Assembly (NCBI RefSeq): GCF_009834535.1 | Contig: NC_045696.1 | Location: 93,002,001-93,066,000 of the forward strand | Reading direction: 5' to 3' | From: Camelus ferus | Lineage: Eukaryota | Length of the DNA: 64,000 nt | In this document: piece after piece, positions 26,138-39,736 of the stretch | Position numbering within the stretch: the stretch's first letter is position 1 | How the letters are laid out: every line of letters starts with the position of its first letter | Made by a program: the position numbers and the translations under genes | Notes under the pieces: generated by a model | What the model saw: the letters and a program-made list of their open reading frames with translations, nothing else | The model's database searches: none | What the model was told of the DNA's origin: nothing

Positions 26138-29100
26138 CTTCCCCCCCTTTTTTAAATTAAAATATAATTGACTTACAATGTTATATTAGTTTCAGGTGTG
26201 TGACATAGTGATTTGTTATTTTTGTACATTTCAAAATGATCACCATGGTAAGTCTAGCTACCACCTGTCACAAAGTTTTAACAATATTATTGACCGTATT
26301 TCCTAGTCTCTATATTACATCCCGTGACTTATTTATTTTATAACTGGAAGTTTATACCTCTAAATCTCCCTTCACCTATTTCACTCCTCCCCCACCCTCT
26401 TTCCTCTGGCAACAGCCAGTTTGTTCTCTGTATCTATAAGTCTGTTTCCATTTTGTTATGTTTGCACAGTTGTTTTGTTTTTTAGATTCCATGTATAAGT
26501 GAAATCATATGGTATTTGTTCCTCTCTGTCTGATTTATTTTACTCGGTATGTTACCCTCTAGGTCCATCTACTCTATTAAATATGTATATCCATATATAT
26601 TCATTTATTGATAGACACTTAGGTTGCTGCCATATATTAGCTTTTGTATATAATGTTAAAATGAACATTGGGGTGAATATATATTTTCAAATTAGTGTTC
26701 TTGTGTTTTGTTGAAAAAATACCCAGAAGTGGAACTGCTGGATTGTATGGTAGTTCTAGTTTTAATTTTTTGAAGAATCTCCATACTGTTTTCCATAGTG
26801 GCCACACCAATTTATAATCCTAGCAGTCCATGAGGGTTCTTTTCTCCACGTCCTTGCCAACAGTTGTTATTTGTTGTCTTTTTGATAATAGCCATTCTTA
26901 CAGGTGTGAGGTGATACACTGCTGTGGATTTGACTTTTTCCCTGATGTTTTGTGAGGTTGAGCATCTTTTCACATGCCTTTTGGCCATCTGTATGTCTTC
27001 TTTGGAAAAATGTCTACTCAGGTCCTCTGCCCATTTTTTGATAAGTTTGTTTGTTTTTTTTAATGTTGAATTGTATAAGTTCTTTGTATATTTTGGATGT
27101 TAACCCCTTATCAGATATGTCATTTGCAAATATCTTCTCCCATTCAGTAGGCTGCCTTTTCATTTTGCTGATAGTTTCCTTCACTATGCAAAAGATTTTA
27201 AGTCTGAAATAGTACCATTTGTTTATCTTTCTTTGGTTTTCTTTGCCTGAGGAGATAAATCACTTCCCCCCCTCCCCAAATTGCTAAGACTCATGTCAAA
27301 GATCATACTGCCTATGTTACTTCTCTAAAAGTCTTATGGTTTCAGATCTTACATTTAACTTTTATTCTATTTTGAGTTTATTCTTGTATGTGGTGTGAAA
27401 AGGTAATTCAGTTTGATTCTTTTGCATGTAGCTGTTCAGTGTCCCCATCATCACTTATTGTGATGTGAAAAGGCTGTCTTTTTCCCATTGTATATTCTTA
27501 CCTCCTTTGTCATAGATTAATTGTGTATATGTAAGTGGGTTTATTTCTGGGCTCACTATTCTGTTCCATTGATCTATGTATGGTTTTGTGCCAGTACCAT
27601 GCTGTTTTGATTACTGTAGCTTTGTAGTATAGTTTGAAATCAGGGCTTGTGATACCTGCAACTCTGTTCTTCTTTCTCAAGGTTGTTCTGGCTATCCATG
27701 GTCTTTTGTGTTTCCAAACAAATTAAAATTTTTTTGTTCTAGTTCTGTGAAAAATGCCATTGGTAATTTGATAGGGATTGCATTGAATCTGTAGACTGCC
27801 TTGGGTAGTATGGTCATTTTAACAATATTGATTTTTTCAATCCAAGAACATGGTGTGTCTTTTCATCTGTTTGTGTTTTCTTCAATTTTTTCATCAGTGT
27901 CATAGTTTTCTGAGTACAGGTCTTTTACTTCCTTAGATTTATTCCTAGGTACTTTTTTCTTTTTGATGCAATTGTAAATAAAATTTTTTCCCTTAATTTC
28001 TCTTTCTGATAGTTTGTTGTTAGTGTGTAGAAATGCAACAGATTTATGTATATTAATTTTATATCCTGCAACTTTACAGAATTCATTTATTAGTTCTAAT
28101 AGTTTTTTTGGTGGTGTCTTTAGGATTTTCTATGTATAGTATCATATCATCTGCAAACTGTGACAGTTTTACTTCTTTCTTTCCATTTTGGATTCCTTTT
28201 ATTTCTTTTTTTTCCATGCCTAGGACTTCCAATACTATGTTGAGTAAAAGTGGCAGGAGTGGGCATTCTTGCCTTATTCCTGATTTTAGAGGAAATGATT
28301 TCAGTTTTTCACCATTGAGTATAATATTGGCTGTGGTCTTGCCATATATGACCCTTATTATTTTTAAGATATGTTTCCTCTATACCCAATTTGTTGAGAG
28401 TTTTTATCATAAATGGATGTTGTACTTGGTCAAAAGCTTTTTCTGCATCTATAAGAAGATCATATGATTTTTATTTTTCAGTTTGTTAACGTGGTATATC
28501 ATATCAATTGATTTGTGGATATTGAACTATCTTTTCATCCTCCACTAAATCTCACTTGATCATGGTGAATTATTCTTTTAATACAATATTGAATTTGGTT
28601 TGCTAGTATTATGTTGAGGATTTTTGCATCTATATTCATCAGTGATACTGACCTGTAATTTTCTTCCTTTTTTGGCCTTTTTGTCTGGTTTTGGTACCAG
28701 GGTGATGCTGGCTTCATAGAGTGAGTTTGGAAGCAAATCTTCCTCTTCAATTTTTTAGAATAGTTTGAAAAGGATAGGTATTAACTCTTCTTTAAATTTT
28801 TGGTAGAATTTACCTGTGAAGCCATCTGGTCCTGGATTTTTGTTTGCTAGAAGTTTTTTGATTACAGACTCAATTTCATTACTGGTAACTTGTTCATATT
28901 TTCTATTTCTTCCTAAGTCTTGAGAGATTGCACATTTCTAGGAATTTATCCATTTCTTCTAGGGTGTCCATTTTATTACTGTATAATTATAGAAATCTCT
29001 TATAACCCTTTGTATTTCTGTGGTATCAGTTGCAACTTCTCCACTTGACTGAACCAGATCTCTGCCTCTCCTACCCGTCTCATTGTGGTTCCTTCTTATA

Positions 29101-29236
29101 TCTTTAGTTGTGGAAAATCTTTTCTGCTACTTTTCAGGTCTTTCTCATAAATAGCTGCTCTGTAAATAGTTGTAATTTTGGTGTGTTCACAGAAGGAAGT
29201 GAGCTCAAGGTCTTTCTGCTCCGCCATCTTGGCCAC
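26138..29236 (-). mobile_element. Internally deleted L1: 5' UTR start fused to ORF2 3' half and 3' UTR
   Basis: TSD tta(t/c)ctgttataat at 26124-26137 and 29237-29250; RT motifs ([23 protein letters not shown]); 5' end gtggccaagatggcggag. Confidence 0.85.
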
Positions 29237-29622
29237 TTACCTGTTATAATACTGATGGTCTATCTCCCTGACTTAAGTAAGCCCTTTGGGAGCAAGTTGT
29301 TTCTTTGGTTGTATTTGTTTTGAGTAGTACAGTACCAGGCACATGGTAGACCCCCCAAAATATTTACTGAACCAACGGTGGAATTCAATTACAGCCCTTG
29401 GGCCTACCTTTCTTTGTTCTTTTTAAAGTCATGCATGGCTTTATAATTAAGGAGAAGGAAATATTCCAAAACCTAGAGCCATTTTTCACCATTAATCTAC
29501 TAATTTAATGACACTTACAAAGCAGTTCTAAAATTTGCTTCCTTCAGTGATGAGCAGATATTCCATTCACAGTTATAATTAGTTTGACCATGAGCACAAT
29601 GAAGTTAGTCCTGGAGACCAAA

Positions 29623-29942
29623 CACCCCCCCCCTCCTTTTTTTTAATTGAAGTGTAGTCAGTTTACAATGTTATGTTAATTTCTGGTGATTCAGTTATAT
29701 ATATACACACACAGAAACATATATTACACACACATATATTACACACACACATATATTCCTTTCATATTCTTTTTTCATTATAATCTATTATAAGGTATTG
29801 AATATAGTTCCTTGTGCTATACAATAGGACCTTGCTGTTTAACTGTTTTGTATGTAGTAGTTAGTATCTGCAAATCCCAAACTCCTAATTTACCCCTCCA
29901 CCCCACCTTTCCCCACTGGCAACCACAAGTCTGTTTTCTATG
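29623..29942 (-). mobile_element. L1 3' fragment with 10-bp TSD
   Basis: ggagaccaaa at 29613-29622 and 29943-29952. Confidence 0.85.
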
Positions 29943-29959
29943 GGAGACCAAATTCTTAA

Positions 29960-30165
29960 CAACAATAGTGCTTCTTAGTTGCCAGACATTGTTCTAAAAT
30001 CTATATTTGAATTATCTTGTTTAATCTTCACAACATCTCTGTAATATAGGTACTAGTATTTTCTCAATTTCTAGATTGGGAAATTTGCATAGATGGGCTA
30101 AGTAACTTGCTTAGGGTCAGCCAGGATACAAGCCTGAGTAGTGAGGCTCCAGAATTTGTGATCCC
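29960..30165 (-). mobile_element. MIR
   Basis: tttaatcttcacaaca...taagtaacttgc. Confidence 0.6.
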
Positions 30166-30199
30166 TACATAGGAAAGGTCATGGATGGAAGGGTCTGGC

Positions 30200-30560
30200 T
30201 CTCAAACATTCTCAGAATCAAGATAATTCTTTAATCCCCTCTCAAACATTGCTGCCAAAGCACAGTCATTTTTTTCCTTGAACACTTTCCATGGCAAACA
30301 ACTCATTACTTTTAAAAGTAGATCACCCCATCCTCTGAAAAATTTGCATTTTTGATAAGCTTTTCCGATTTTTGAAATAAAGCCTTTGCTCTCCATGCTC
30401 CTAGTTCTTCCTCTTGGCACATGAAACAATTCCAGGCCTTCCTCACCTGATAGTCCTCTGACACAGGACATTATCCATCAGAAGCCCCCTGGGTTTTCTC
30501 TTCTTCAGGTGGCACACCCCTAGCTCTCAGATTGTTGCCCATTTAAGACATGGTTTCACG
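30200..30560 (-). mobile_element. CR1/L3 fragment
   Basis: ttgaacactttccatggcaaacaactcattac, typical of antisense L3 3' end. Confidence 0.5.
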
Positions 30561-32115
30561 TGTATTCATGTGGCCTCCATCTTCTGAAGGTATTCTATAT
30601 TCTTCAACGTTTGTCTTTCAACTCAAAGGTCTTTTTAAATTAAGCCTCTCAACTGAACCACACAAATCATGACATCCTGTCTACCCTCTTTAAAGTTCCT
30701 TACCTTTGGCTTTGATAATAATATCTGAATATATTCCTTTTATTTGCTAATATGATGCCTTAGTTAGGTTTTTATAGATTTCAAGAAGCAAAGACCAACT
30801 CAGGCTCTCGGGAAATAAGGAAAGGAAAGGTGTTAAGGCTCCATGAGGAAATAAGGGAGCCTTAGGCCACACTGAGGTGACAGCAGCAGCTCTGGGCACC
30901 GGGTATTTCGGGAAGGTTCCCCAGAAGCAGGCGCCTGCATTCCCTCTGTGCTGCCCAGGCATCAGGGTAACTCAGCAGGCCCCTCACTTTGCACCTCTTG
31001 CCCTGCCTCTGACTCCTTGATTTTCTCTCCTCTCCTACTCCTGGCTCCTGTTACTTCAGGGCTTCTTCCTGCTGCTTCTCTTTGTAGTTTTTCAGGTTCA
31101 CATTAAGACATTTAGACCAGAAAATGTGTAGGCTGCTCTCCGCCTCCTGACCCTGAATTTCAAAGTAAATGCCACATGAAGATTTAAAATAAATATAAAT
31201 AAGTCTAGAAAAAGTTCTGATTTTTTCCCTCTGTGATGATTAATTTCTTTTATAAAATAAAACAGATATCAATTATTTCAGAAATAATTTTTTGGCACCC
31301 TGGTGATTAGATATGAACTATGTCTGCATATTTGGTAAGCAGAATGTTTTATTCCTTCTATCAACTGCTAATTCTTTTTTTCCCTAATGCAGGGCTCTCA
31401 AAGACCCAAGCAATGAGATCTGATCAGCTTAATTAGGTCACAACTGTGCCTGTTGGTCAGGGTCCCTGAGCCAGGCTGCTCTTCAGTTAGGCACTCCTCC
31501 TTGGCCCCCAGCCAGCTGGAACTGGTGTTGCAGGGCTATGTGGTGCCAAGTAGCTAACTGGGTGGGTGTGGCTGGAATCCCAGAGCAGGCAATGGGCCTG
31601 GCAGACAGATTGCCTGGCTGTTCATACATGTACTATACAAACCACTGAAGGACTTGCTCACTGCCACATTCCGCACCACGATTAATTCCTTCTCTGTGAC
31701 ATGTGATAAATCCTGCAAAGTCCAAACTAAGCCATGTCACCAGCCTTTCTGGGGATTACTGGTCTTCCCATGCGGCCCTAGCCAGACCACTGTAGGGTCT
31801 GCAGGTGCAAGGGAGCAGGAGGAGCCGCCTGGCTGTCCATCCTCTCCTCATCCCCTGGTGTGGGGAGCATTCTGCCTGGGAACCTTTGGAGGTTCTGGGA
31901 TTGCTGTGACTTTATGTTGATTGAAGATTTCAGTGATATCTGTTTAGGTGTGTCTATTTTTGCTCTAATCTTGCGGTTGTTTTTCCAAGGAGGTGAGATT
32001 TGCTGTGTAGAAATAGCTGATGTACTCTCCACGTGAAAACAGACGCTAAAACCCAGGCAGACCCTGGAGAGCCATGTGCTGGACTCGAATCCATCCAATG
32101 CTCTCTCATGCTCAC

Positions 32116-32268
32116 CTGGAGGGTCCCTTTGGCGGCCACATTTGAGCTCTCCTGTTTGTTTCCGCTTGGCCCTGGAGGTTTCCCTTCTCCTTGCACTGTG
32201 ACACTGTGACAGCTGATGTTGGTTGCAGGACAGCCAGTCAAGTTGCCCAATGGCAGAGAGCTTGTTTC
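32116..32268 (-). pseudogene. Exon, 153 nt, phase 0 to 0 (ETSSLPLGNLTGCPATNISCHSVTVQGEGKPPGPSGNKQESSNVAAKGTLQ)
   Basis: Long pyrimidine tract ending catctcag and donor CAG|gtgagc; stop-free. Confidence 0.65.
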
Positions 32269-33264
32269 CTGAGATGTGAAGAGGCTGGGAGATTGGGGAG
32301 AAAATCTGCATTGTTTTTATTTTCCTGCCTGGGAGTAATTCTACGGAAAGGCAATGCCCTGGGCATCTTCCCCTCCAGGAGCAGATGCCACCGCTTCTGG
32401 GGAAGAATTGCAGCCTCTCCTCCTCCCGCTACTTCCCTCCTGCTCCCTACCCAGCAAGCCCAAGGCAGTAAAATTAAATCAAGCATTACTCTTTTTTACA
32501 TTGAAAATGCTCTTGAATTTGAATTATGGACTCAGATGGCTCTCAGACAGAACCCCCAGCGGCCTTCATATGCTGCCAGATGGCAGGGAGCCGCACAGGG
32601 GAGCCAGCACTGGCTGCCTCTGACAGAGATAACGCCATGGGAGGAACCCTTCTCCTTCCTGACAGCGGGAAACCAGCCACGCGCATCTCCAACTCATCTT
32701 TTTCACACCTTTCTGAAACTGGTTTTTGTAGTTTGGTTGGATCCCTTGCCCAGGTTTGATTCAGAGATCTTACTCTGCCTTTTGGATATCCGGGCCCATT
32801 TATGGGACACATACCCGGTTACTCCCTGGTATTCAGCCAGATTATTCCCTCGGGCTCTGGAGACACGTGATCTGGGGCTTGGAGGAGACTGGAGAAGCTA
32901 CTGGTTTCTAAAAGCCTTTGAGGAGGTGGGGGAGATGGGAAGAAGTGCACAGGGGGAGGAGAGAGAATCTTCAAGAAATTAAGTGCATTTTGCATGTCAG
33001 AGAAGCCAGGGGTCTCTGGAGCTGGAAATAGGGCTCAGTTCTGCTGCCTTTTTCCAGAGGCTCTGAATTAACTTGAGAGTCTCTCTCAGGATCCTCTCAG
33101 TCTTGCAGTGGTTCAGAATGTCTCCCTCAACAGCCACTGGACATCTGCCCACCCACTTACCCACACTCCCTCCAGACCAAGACGGAGCCCCTCCTGCACA
33201 GTGAGGCTCTGTCACCTGCTGCACTGGAGAGCTGAGCGGCACCGGACTGGAGCTAGTGTCTAGG

Positions 33265-33440
33265 ATGAGGCTCCCACACGTGGCTGAGCTCCAGAATCAC
33301 CCCACGAGCTCCTATAGATTCAGCACCTCTGGGTCCACACGAGACCTAGTGAGTCTGAATCTCCAGGTATAAGGCCTGGGAAACTCTGTTTCAAAAATTA
33401 TTCAGATGATTTTGACATTCCCTCGGGTTTGAGAATCTCT
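33265..33440. mobile_element. MER5A-like hAT DNA transposon
   Basis: agaatcacc...tgagtctgaatctcc...gtttgagaa. Confidence 0.65.
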
Positions 33441-34384
33441 TGGGAGGAGGCAGCCACAGTCAGGAGGTGACAGGTAAGCTGGCAGAAAGGCTACAAGTGC
33501 TAGTCGAACCCCTGAACAAAGCTCTCTGGAAGCTCACCCCATTCTGGAAGAGTGAGGAAAGGCAAGCAGACGGAGGACACTGGAGTAGGCTCCTGAGGGG
33601 TGAGTAGTTTTCCAAGAAGGAATAGGTGCGAGGAGACTCTAGCCACTGCCACTCACAGATGCGGGGAGTTGGGTGTTGAGGGAGGATGGGGTACCCCCGG
33701 GATGCACAAACAGTGAGCCTGGTATTGGGGCACACAAGAGGCAGTGCATGTTCCAGAGGAAAGCTGATGGCTTGAGTCTGGTATTTCTGTGAGATTTCCC
33801 AGGGTGATGTTCAAGGGGAAATGTGAAATGTGTTTGAACTCCAGGAAAGCTGTCTGACTGGACACAAAATTTTGGGAACCAAAGCCTACAGTTAAGAAGC
33901 TGCCAGGAATCTGTGCAGCAGCCTCTGGGCAGCAGCTGTGAGAGATATAGGGTGGGCCCACACTCCAGCCTGGACTCCAGAGGTAGCCCTGGGGTCCCCA
34001 GGCCTCTAAAACTAGAGGGAACCCAGAACCTTCTTTGGACCTATCTTTCAGAGGACCCTCATGTCCAGACAGAGTCCTCTTGAGGTTGAGTCTGCAGTGG
34101 GTGCAGGTTGTGGGGTGAGGTGCCTTCCACACATGACCCTCTGCTGTCTTCAGCTGGCCAGGACCACGGATGGGGTAGGGCTATTGACGGAGCACCTCTA
34201 TCCACCAGCCTCTCTTCCAACAAAGAGCTAGTACCAGGGCATAGCATCTGCTTGCTCGTGGATTTATATGGCGAACATGTATTGAGCATCTGCTGTGAAA
34301 TAGGCATTGTGCTTGGCTTGGTGGACATGAGTTTGAGCAAGACACAACTCCCGGGAGTGTGTCTGCTCCCGCCATGGGTGTTAT

Positions 34385-34836
34385 TTTTTAAATGGAAATA
34401 TAATTGATTTACAATGTTGTGTTAGTTTCAGGTGTACAGCCACATGATTCAGTTACATAGAAAGATATTCTTTTTCAGATTCTTTTCCATTGTAGATTAT
34501 GACAAGATGCTGAATGTAGTTCCCTGTGCTACACAGTTAGTCTTTGTTTAACTGTTTTATATACAGTAGTGTGTGTCTATTAATCCCAAACTCCTAATTT
34601 ATCCCTCCCCCTACCCTTTCCCATTTGGTATAAGTTTGTCTTCTGTGTCTGTGAGTCTGTTTCTGTTTTGTAAACAAGTTCATTTGTATCATTTCTTAAG
34701 ATTCCACAGATCAGTGATATCATATGCTATTTGTCTTTCTCTGTCTGACTTACTTCACTTAGTATGATAATCTCTAGGTCTATTCATGTTGCTGCAAACG
34801 ACATTATTCCATTCTTTCTTCTGGCTGAGTAATAGT
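34385..34836 (-). mobile_element. L1 3' fragment
   Basis: 3' UTR motif gttccctgtgctacacag; degenerate TSD catgg(g/a)tg(t/c)tatttt. Confidence 0.85.
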
Positions 34837-35973
34837 CATGGATGCTATTTTAAAGGTCTGTGTCTCCTCCTGTATTTTTTTTTTTCTTTCTTAGCAGAGC
34901 AGGATGAATATCCTGCCACTTCTTACTGGAAAATGCGCTATGGGTTGAGTAAACTCAAATGAGCCAAGAAAATCTGAAGAATCTATTTTTTACTTTATTT
35001 TTCAGCAAAGGGTTTATTTTTTATTTATATTTTTTTTTATTTAGCAAAGGGCTTAATACTGCGTGCAGGGTATAAGTCATTCCCCAGGAGAGTGTGGCTT
35101 GAGACTAATTGGTTGAATAAAATTCCTAGTTCTGAATCATCTTTTTGGGTAAGAAAACCTTTTGGTGAATAATGGTAATAAGAAAAGGATGCACTGGAAG
35201 ATCCCTTGTGTTAAAAGAGGGAACAGAAATCTCAGACATTTTTATGCTGTGTCCGGTCTCTATACAAAAATCTGTCAGCTTCACGCTGGTTTTAGTCAGT
35301 TTCGCAGTGGGGAAGAGAGAAAGGCCGACAGCTTGAGAGAAACAAGTTCAAAGTAGATAGCACAATTGCCAAAAACATTTCTTTCCTCACAAGGAAAGCT
35401 TTTTAGCTGTAGCTAAACGTAAGGAAATCAAAAGCAAATGGAAGTACAGGTGCATGTATGGGGGCGGGTACCAAGTGATGGTTGTGGGAAGCAGTTTCCA
35501 GGGAGGGTTGTCTGATTTGTTGTCCAGGGAAGCTGCTGGTTTGAGGAAGACAGGAAACTTTAGGCAACCGAATTGGCTATAAGTGTGTGGAGTACAAACG
35601 TTGCCATACTTCCAGCCTTAGAAGAGTGCATTGCCCAGAGTCAGCGCCCACGTGGGGCGCTCAGGAGTAAGGACCTGATCCGTTGAGCAAGTGAACCTGG
35701 ATCCTCGCCCGGGCTCTGTCACTACTCAGTTACTATCACTACTCATGGCAGGGTCTCAATGAGTATCTATTGAATGAGTAATTTGTTGCATTTTATTAAT
35801 ATTAAACGCTCTAAAGCAATCATGGTCCTGGCAGTATGATCGTTCTCTCAGAGGTCAGGCTATTAGCATAAAACCCAAGAGAAAGTTAACTGAATTCTTT
35901 TTCTTCATTCTTCAGATATTTTTCAAAGGGAGAGGGCTGTTTAAGTTAGCAAGAATCAACACTTGACCCTCAC

Positions 35974-36057
35974 TGCCATAAGGTGTGCCTGGGGCTTCAC
36001 CAAAGGAATGTCACTAAAGGAAGAGTACGGAGGGAACTTGACCCCATGTAGTTTGTC
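35974..36057 (-). pseudogene. Exon, 84 nt, phase 0 to 0 (DKLHGVKFPPYSSFSDIPLVKPQAHLMA)
   Basis: Acceptor cttttacctctgtgtttag and donor gtgagg; stop-free. Confidence 0.55.
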
Positions 36058-37437
36058 CTAAACACAGAGGTAAAAGGTAGCTGTTTGGATTTGACAAACA
36101 GCCACATTAAATCTGAGATGTAGTGCAGCTGGTGAATGGCAAAGGAGACACAAAAGTGGCCGGGAAGAGGACAAGATGGCTGCAGGGGAGTAATTTTTCC
36201 TGACATTGTGCTTTAGAAAGGGAAGGAAGCAGGAGATGTTAAAAACTGTTGATAAATGAAAACAGGGCTCTTTCCTCACCCCTGAACATTCCAAAATTCC
36301 CTGTTGCTGGGAGTCCCTTTCTGATCCATAACCTAAATAGGCATGCATGGTGTTTCCATCCACCAGAATGTGCCACTCTTTTAAAGCCTGTTGAAATACA
36401 GCTTTGAAATATTTACTATCAACACTCACTATCAACAACAGAAAAGAAACTCTAAAGGGAAAAATGAGTCCATAATCTTAGTACACTAACAAACCCATTG
36501 TTTTTATTTACCGTGTTCTTTTCCAGCTCTTTTCCATATACGTGTGTCCAAGGACAGCTCCTGATTGGCCCAGCTGGTCATTTGGCTCATATGGGGCACA
36601 GCTGGCATTGCACTGTCCCCACACGCCTTCCTTCACCGTTTACTACAGTGCCTGACATTCCCGGGGCTCTTCCCAGAGGCCAAATGTTTGTGGCTGCCAG
36701 CTGGTCCCCACTTTCCTTATCTTATGGGAGCCTGGCACCCTGCCAGCTCCAGCCTTTCCCAGGTGCTGCTCTCACCTGACAAGGCTGTTCATTCACATAC
36801 GTACAAGAGGTAGCAGTTTTTTTCCTCTGGGTAAGTAAGGTGCAGGGTGGAGTAGCTCCTTTTTAGCATGTGCATGGAAATTCTATGCACATAGAATTTA
36901 GACTTTTCTAAGGCAGTATCCATTCTATTGATCTGTGTGGCTCCAGAAATCAGTCTATAACATCCTAAAGTGCAAATATCTTGCTTTGTTTCATCATTTT
37001 CCCATTTGGGGATCGTTGTGTCACCCTCCCAAATAATGCTGAAATAGACATTTGTAATCTATTGTCCTTTCTCTTGGATTATTTTTCTTAATTAATTAAG
37101 CTTAATTCTTAAGGTTAAATCCCAGGATTCAGACTATGAATCAAGGAACTTAAATTTATTTTGGCTTTTACCAAGATACAATGGTCACTTGGACATGTCT
37201 GTAGCCTCCTGTACTGGGACAGATGGTCATGGTGGGTCTCTTGAAATATTTTCACTTTGTAGGGTAGGGGGTACTGTTCCCCATGTTGATGGGCATGTGT
37301 GTCAGGCCAGAGAGATGACCACCCCTGACATGGGCCTTCCTTGTGGGGATTTTTGTGGAGATTCTGTGAAAACAGAGGTGAGAATGGAGAATACAGTGTG
37401 ACTGAAAAAATAAGCATCCTGTGATTTATTTTAGCAC

Positions 37438-37599
37438 CTTTGAGTCTTTATGTGTGGTATTTACTATAGTCTCTGTGGATTGCTGGACGACCTTTCTGCC
37501 TGTGCGGCTGTTTTAAGGAAATTTGTGTACTTTCCCTCTAGACATAGTGTTGAGTGAAGTCATTTGTGTGAATATCGAGTTAAATTCACTGGGCAACAC
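37438..37599 (-). pseudogene. Exon, 162 nt, phase 0 to 0, one in-frame TAA
   Basis: Acceptor tttctctacccag and donor AAG|gtgcta. Reads VLPSEFNSIFTQMTSLNTMSRGKVHKFP*NSRTGRKVVQQSTETIVNTTHKDSK. Confidence 0.5.
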
Positions 37600-38219
37600 C
37601 TGGGTAGAGAAACCTCCCTGTCAATCCCCTGGGTGGACACCGTGTGAGCTCAGCTCATGGCGCCGCATGGGTCCTGGGGCTGTAGGAGGTGGTGGGAGCA
37701 GCAGACGCTCCTTCGCTGAGAAGGGCAGAGCTCAGGAGCAGAAGCGCTGGCAGGGCCAGGAAGCCGTTGGCCAGGAAGCTGCACACCTCCGTACCAGAGC
37801 CACAGCTGACCCTGGTGCAGCGTGGCCACAGATTCAGACACTCCCTTTGTTCCACCTGGAGGGAGGTTGGTCACGAGAAAGCCCCGCACAAAAGGCAGCC
37901 TCATTTTGGAAATGCTCTACATACAAAGGATTCACCTTCTGTCCTCCCAGCCCCGCTGAAGGGAACCAAACGTTGCCTGCATACCCAAAATTTATAGAGA
38001 GAAGTTGTACGGCGGATTTAAGCAAAAATGATTATTTTTCACCCATGTGAGAACTCCCAGATGGAACACTTAATGAGTGAATTTAGGAATCAATTATAGA
38101 GGCCATTCATGCTAGGCTTTGGGTGAGAATACGGAAACTATGAACCTGAAGCAAAATCCAGAGCCTTCAGTGAGCACAAGTGAGGCACATAATGGAGGTT
38201 AGGGTGTAAGCAGACTTTT

Positions 38220-38368
38220 TTTGGTTTGGTTTGGTTTTGGGTGTATAGGGGGATAATTAGGTTTGTTTGTTTGTTTGTTTGTTTGTTTGTTTATTTATAA
38301 TGGAGGTCCTGGGGACCTCGGGCATGCCAGGCATGGACTCTACCACTGAGCTCCACCCTCCCCGCCCC
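38220..38368 (-). mobile_element. Vic-1-like SINE
   Basis: ctctaccactgagct head, (GTTT)n tail, TSD agcagactttt. Confidence 0.85.
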
Positions 38369-38390
38369 AGCAGACTTTTCTTATACTCAC

Positions 38391-38548
38391 ATTAAATGCC
38401 ATTTCTGCAGTTTCCAGGGTCTAAGAAAACTCTCACAGATCTGCCCTTCCTAGTGACAAAACCTGATTTGCCTTTACCTCTGAAGCAGTTATCAGGACCA
38501 ATTTTGGTTACTGGTTTGGTGCTTTCAGCACCAACTAGATCCCTTTCC
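38391..38548 (-). pseudogene. Exon, 158 nt, needs a 1-nt frameshift to fit the chain
   Basis: Acceptor attgtatttcag and consensus donor gtgagt. Starts ERDLVGAESTKPVTKIGPDNCF and ends, in another frame, TLETAEMAFN. Confidence 0.45.
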
Positions 38549-38719
38549 CTGAAATACAATCATTTTCCTCTCCAGTACCTACCGAATTATTCCTGCCAGC
38601 CAGGCCTCTGGTACAGGAATGAATGAACATAATTTCTCAACACTACAACTGGGGAGTTCTGGGAAAAAAAACACCCCAGGGCTTCAAAGGCTCAGCTAAA
38701 ATGCCTGAAATTCTTATAT

Positions 38720-39110
38720 CCAGCAAATAGGAGCACCTACTATGTGTGAGGCATTGTGCTAGGTGATATGGTTAGGAAGATGAAAAGCATGTGACTCTGT
38801 AGTCAGGAAGCTCGGATTGTGGTGGGAGAGATGCCAAACACCCTAATAGTACATAGTGCTGATGGTACTGTAATAGAGATACACGTGGAGTGATGTAGAG
38901 ACCCAGAACAGAAAGTAGCCGGCCCAGAGGAGTTAGTTACAGAGCAGGTGAGGAGGCAGCACAGGTCATGCTTGAGCTGGCACTTGGAGGGTGTGTGGAG
39001 TTTACCAGGCAGAGAGCAGAGGGAAAGATGTGACAGGCAGGTGACAACAGAACGGTTGCAGGGAAGTGTGAAGGGCATGTGATCAGTACACATTGTCATA
39101 GCGAAAAACA
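38720..39110 (-). mobile_element. L2 fragment
   Basis: gagcacctactatgtgtgaggcattgtgctagg. Confidence 0.7.
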
Positions 39111-39681
39111 GGCGCAACTTACATGCCTGACACCGTGGTCTATTACGTAACCCTCTTAAATGACATTTCCAAAGAGATTTTAATGTTGTGGGGAGATGCT
39201 TATGTTACAGCGTTAAGAGAAAAGTAAGGGACTATAATTGTCCCCGTGGAATGAGCTCATCTTCTATGTACATGAAAGGCTAGAAGGAAAATGTACGTAT
39301 CATTGCTTTTTGCTACTTTTTATTTTTTGAACTCAGCTTTCTGTGAGTTTCTATTGTTTTAGTAGAAAAAATATGAAGTCAGAAAATGAAAGAAAGTGTA
39401 TGACAGGTTCCAGAATGAAGACTAGAGGCCTGGGGGAGGGAGACGAAGCAGGCGGGCCATGCTGTGGTCACTTCCTATCCTGCAGGTGAGAGGGAGTTAC
39501 TGTCACTCCAGTCTGGTACTGAGCACCGAAAAGCCCTGTTAAACTAGAAAATGACTCATAAGGGGTAAAATGTTAAGCTTTTATCACATGTTAATTCTTT
39601 GCCTTGAGTTACAGTGGAGTTGCATGGCGCTAGGTCTATAAACACTGTGGACCTGGTTTTCCGTGGATTCTGTTGCCTCTT

Positions 39682-39736
39682 TTTTTTTTTTTTCTTGAAG
39701 TATATAGTCAGTTACAGTGTGTCAATTTCTGGTGTA
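39682..39736 (-). mobile_element. 55-bp L1 3' terminal insertion
   Basis: Exact 13-bp TSD tctgttgcctctt, poly-T and gaagta..tagtcagttaca L1 tail. Confidence 0.85.

Noticed and set aside
32191..32982. Longest ORF in the track (263 aa, plus strand)
   Set aside because: Non-ATG start, no recognisable domain, and antisense to a well-bounded minus-strand exon; likely chance.
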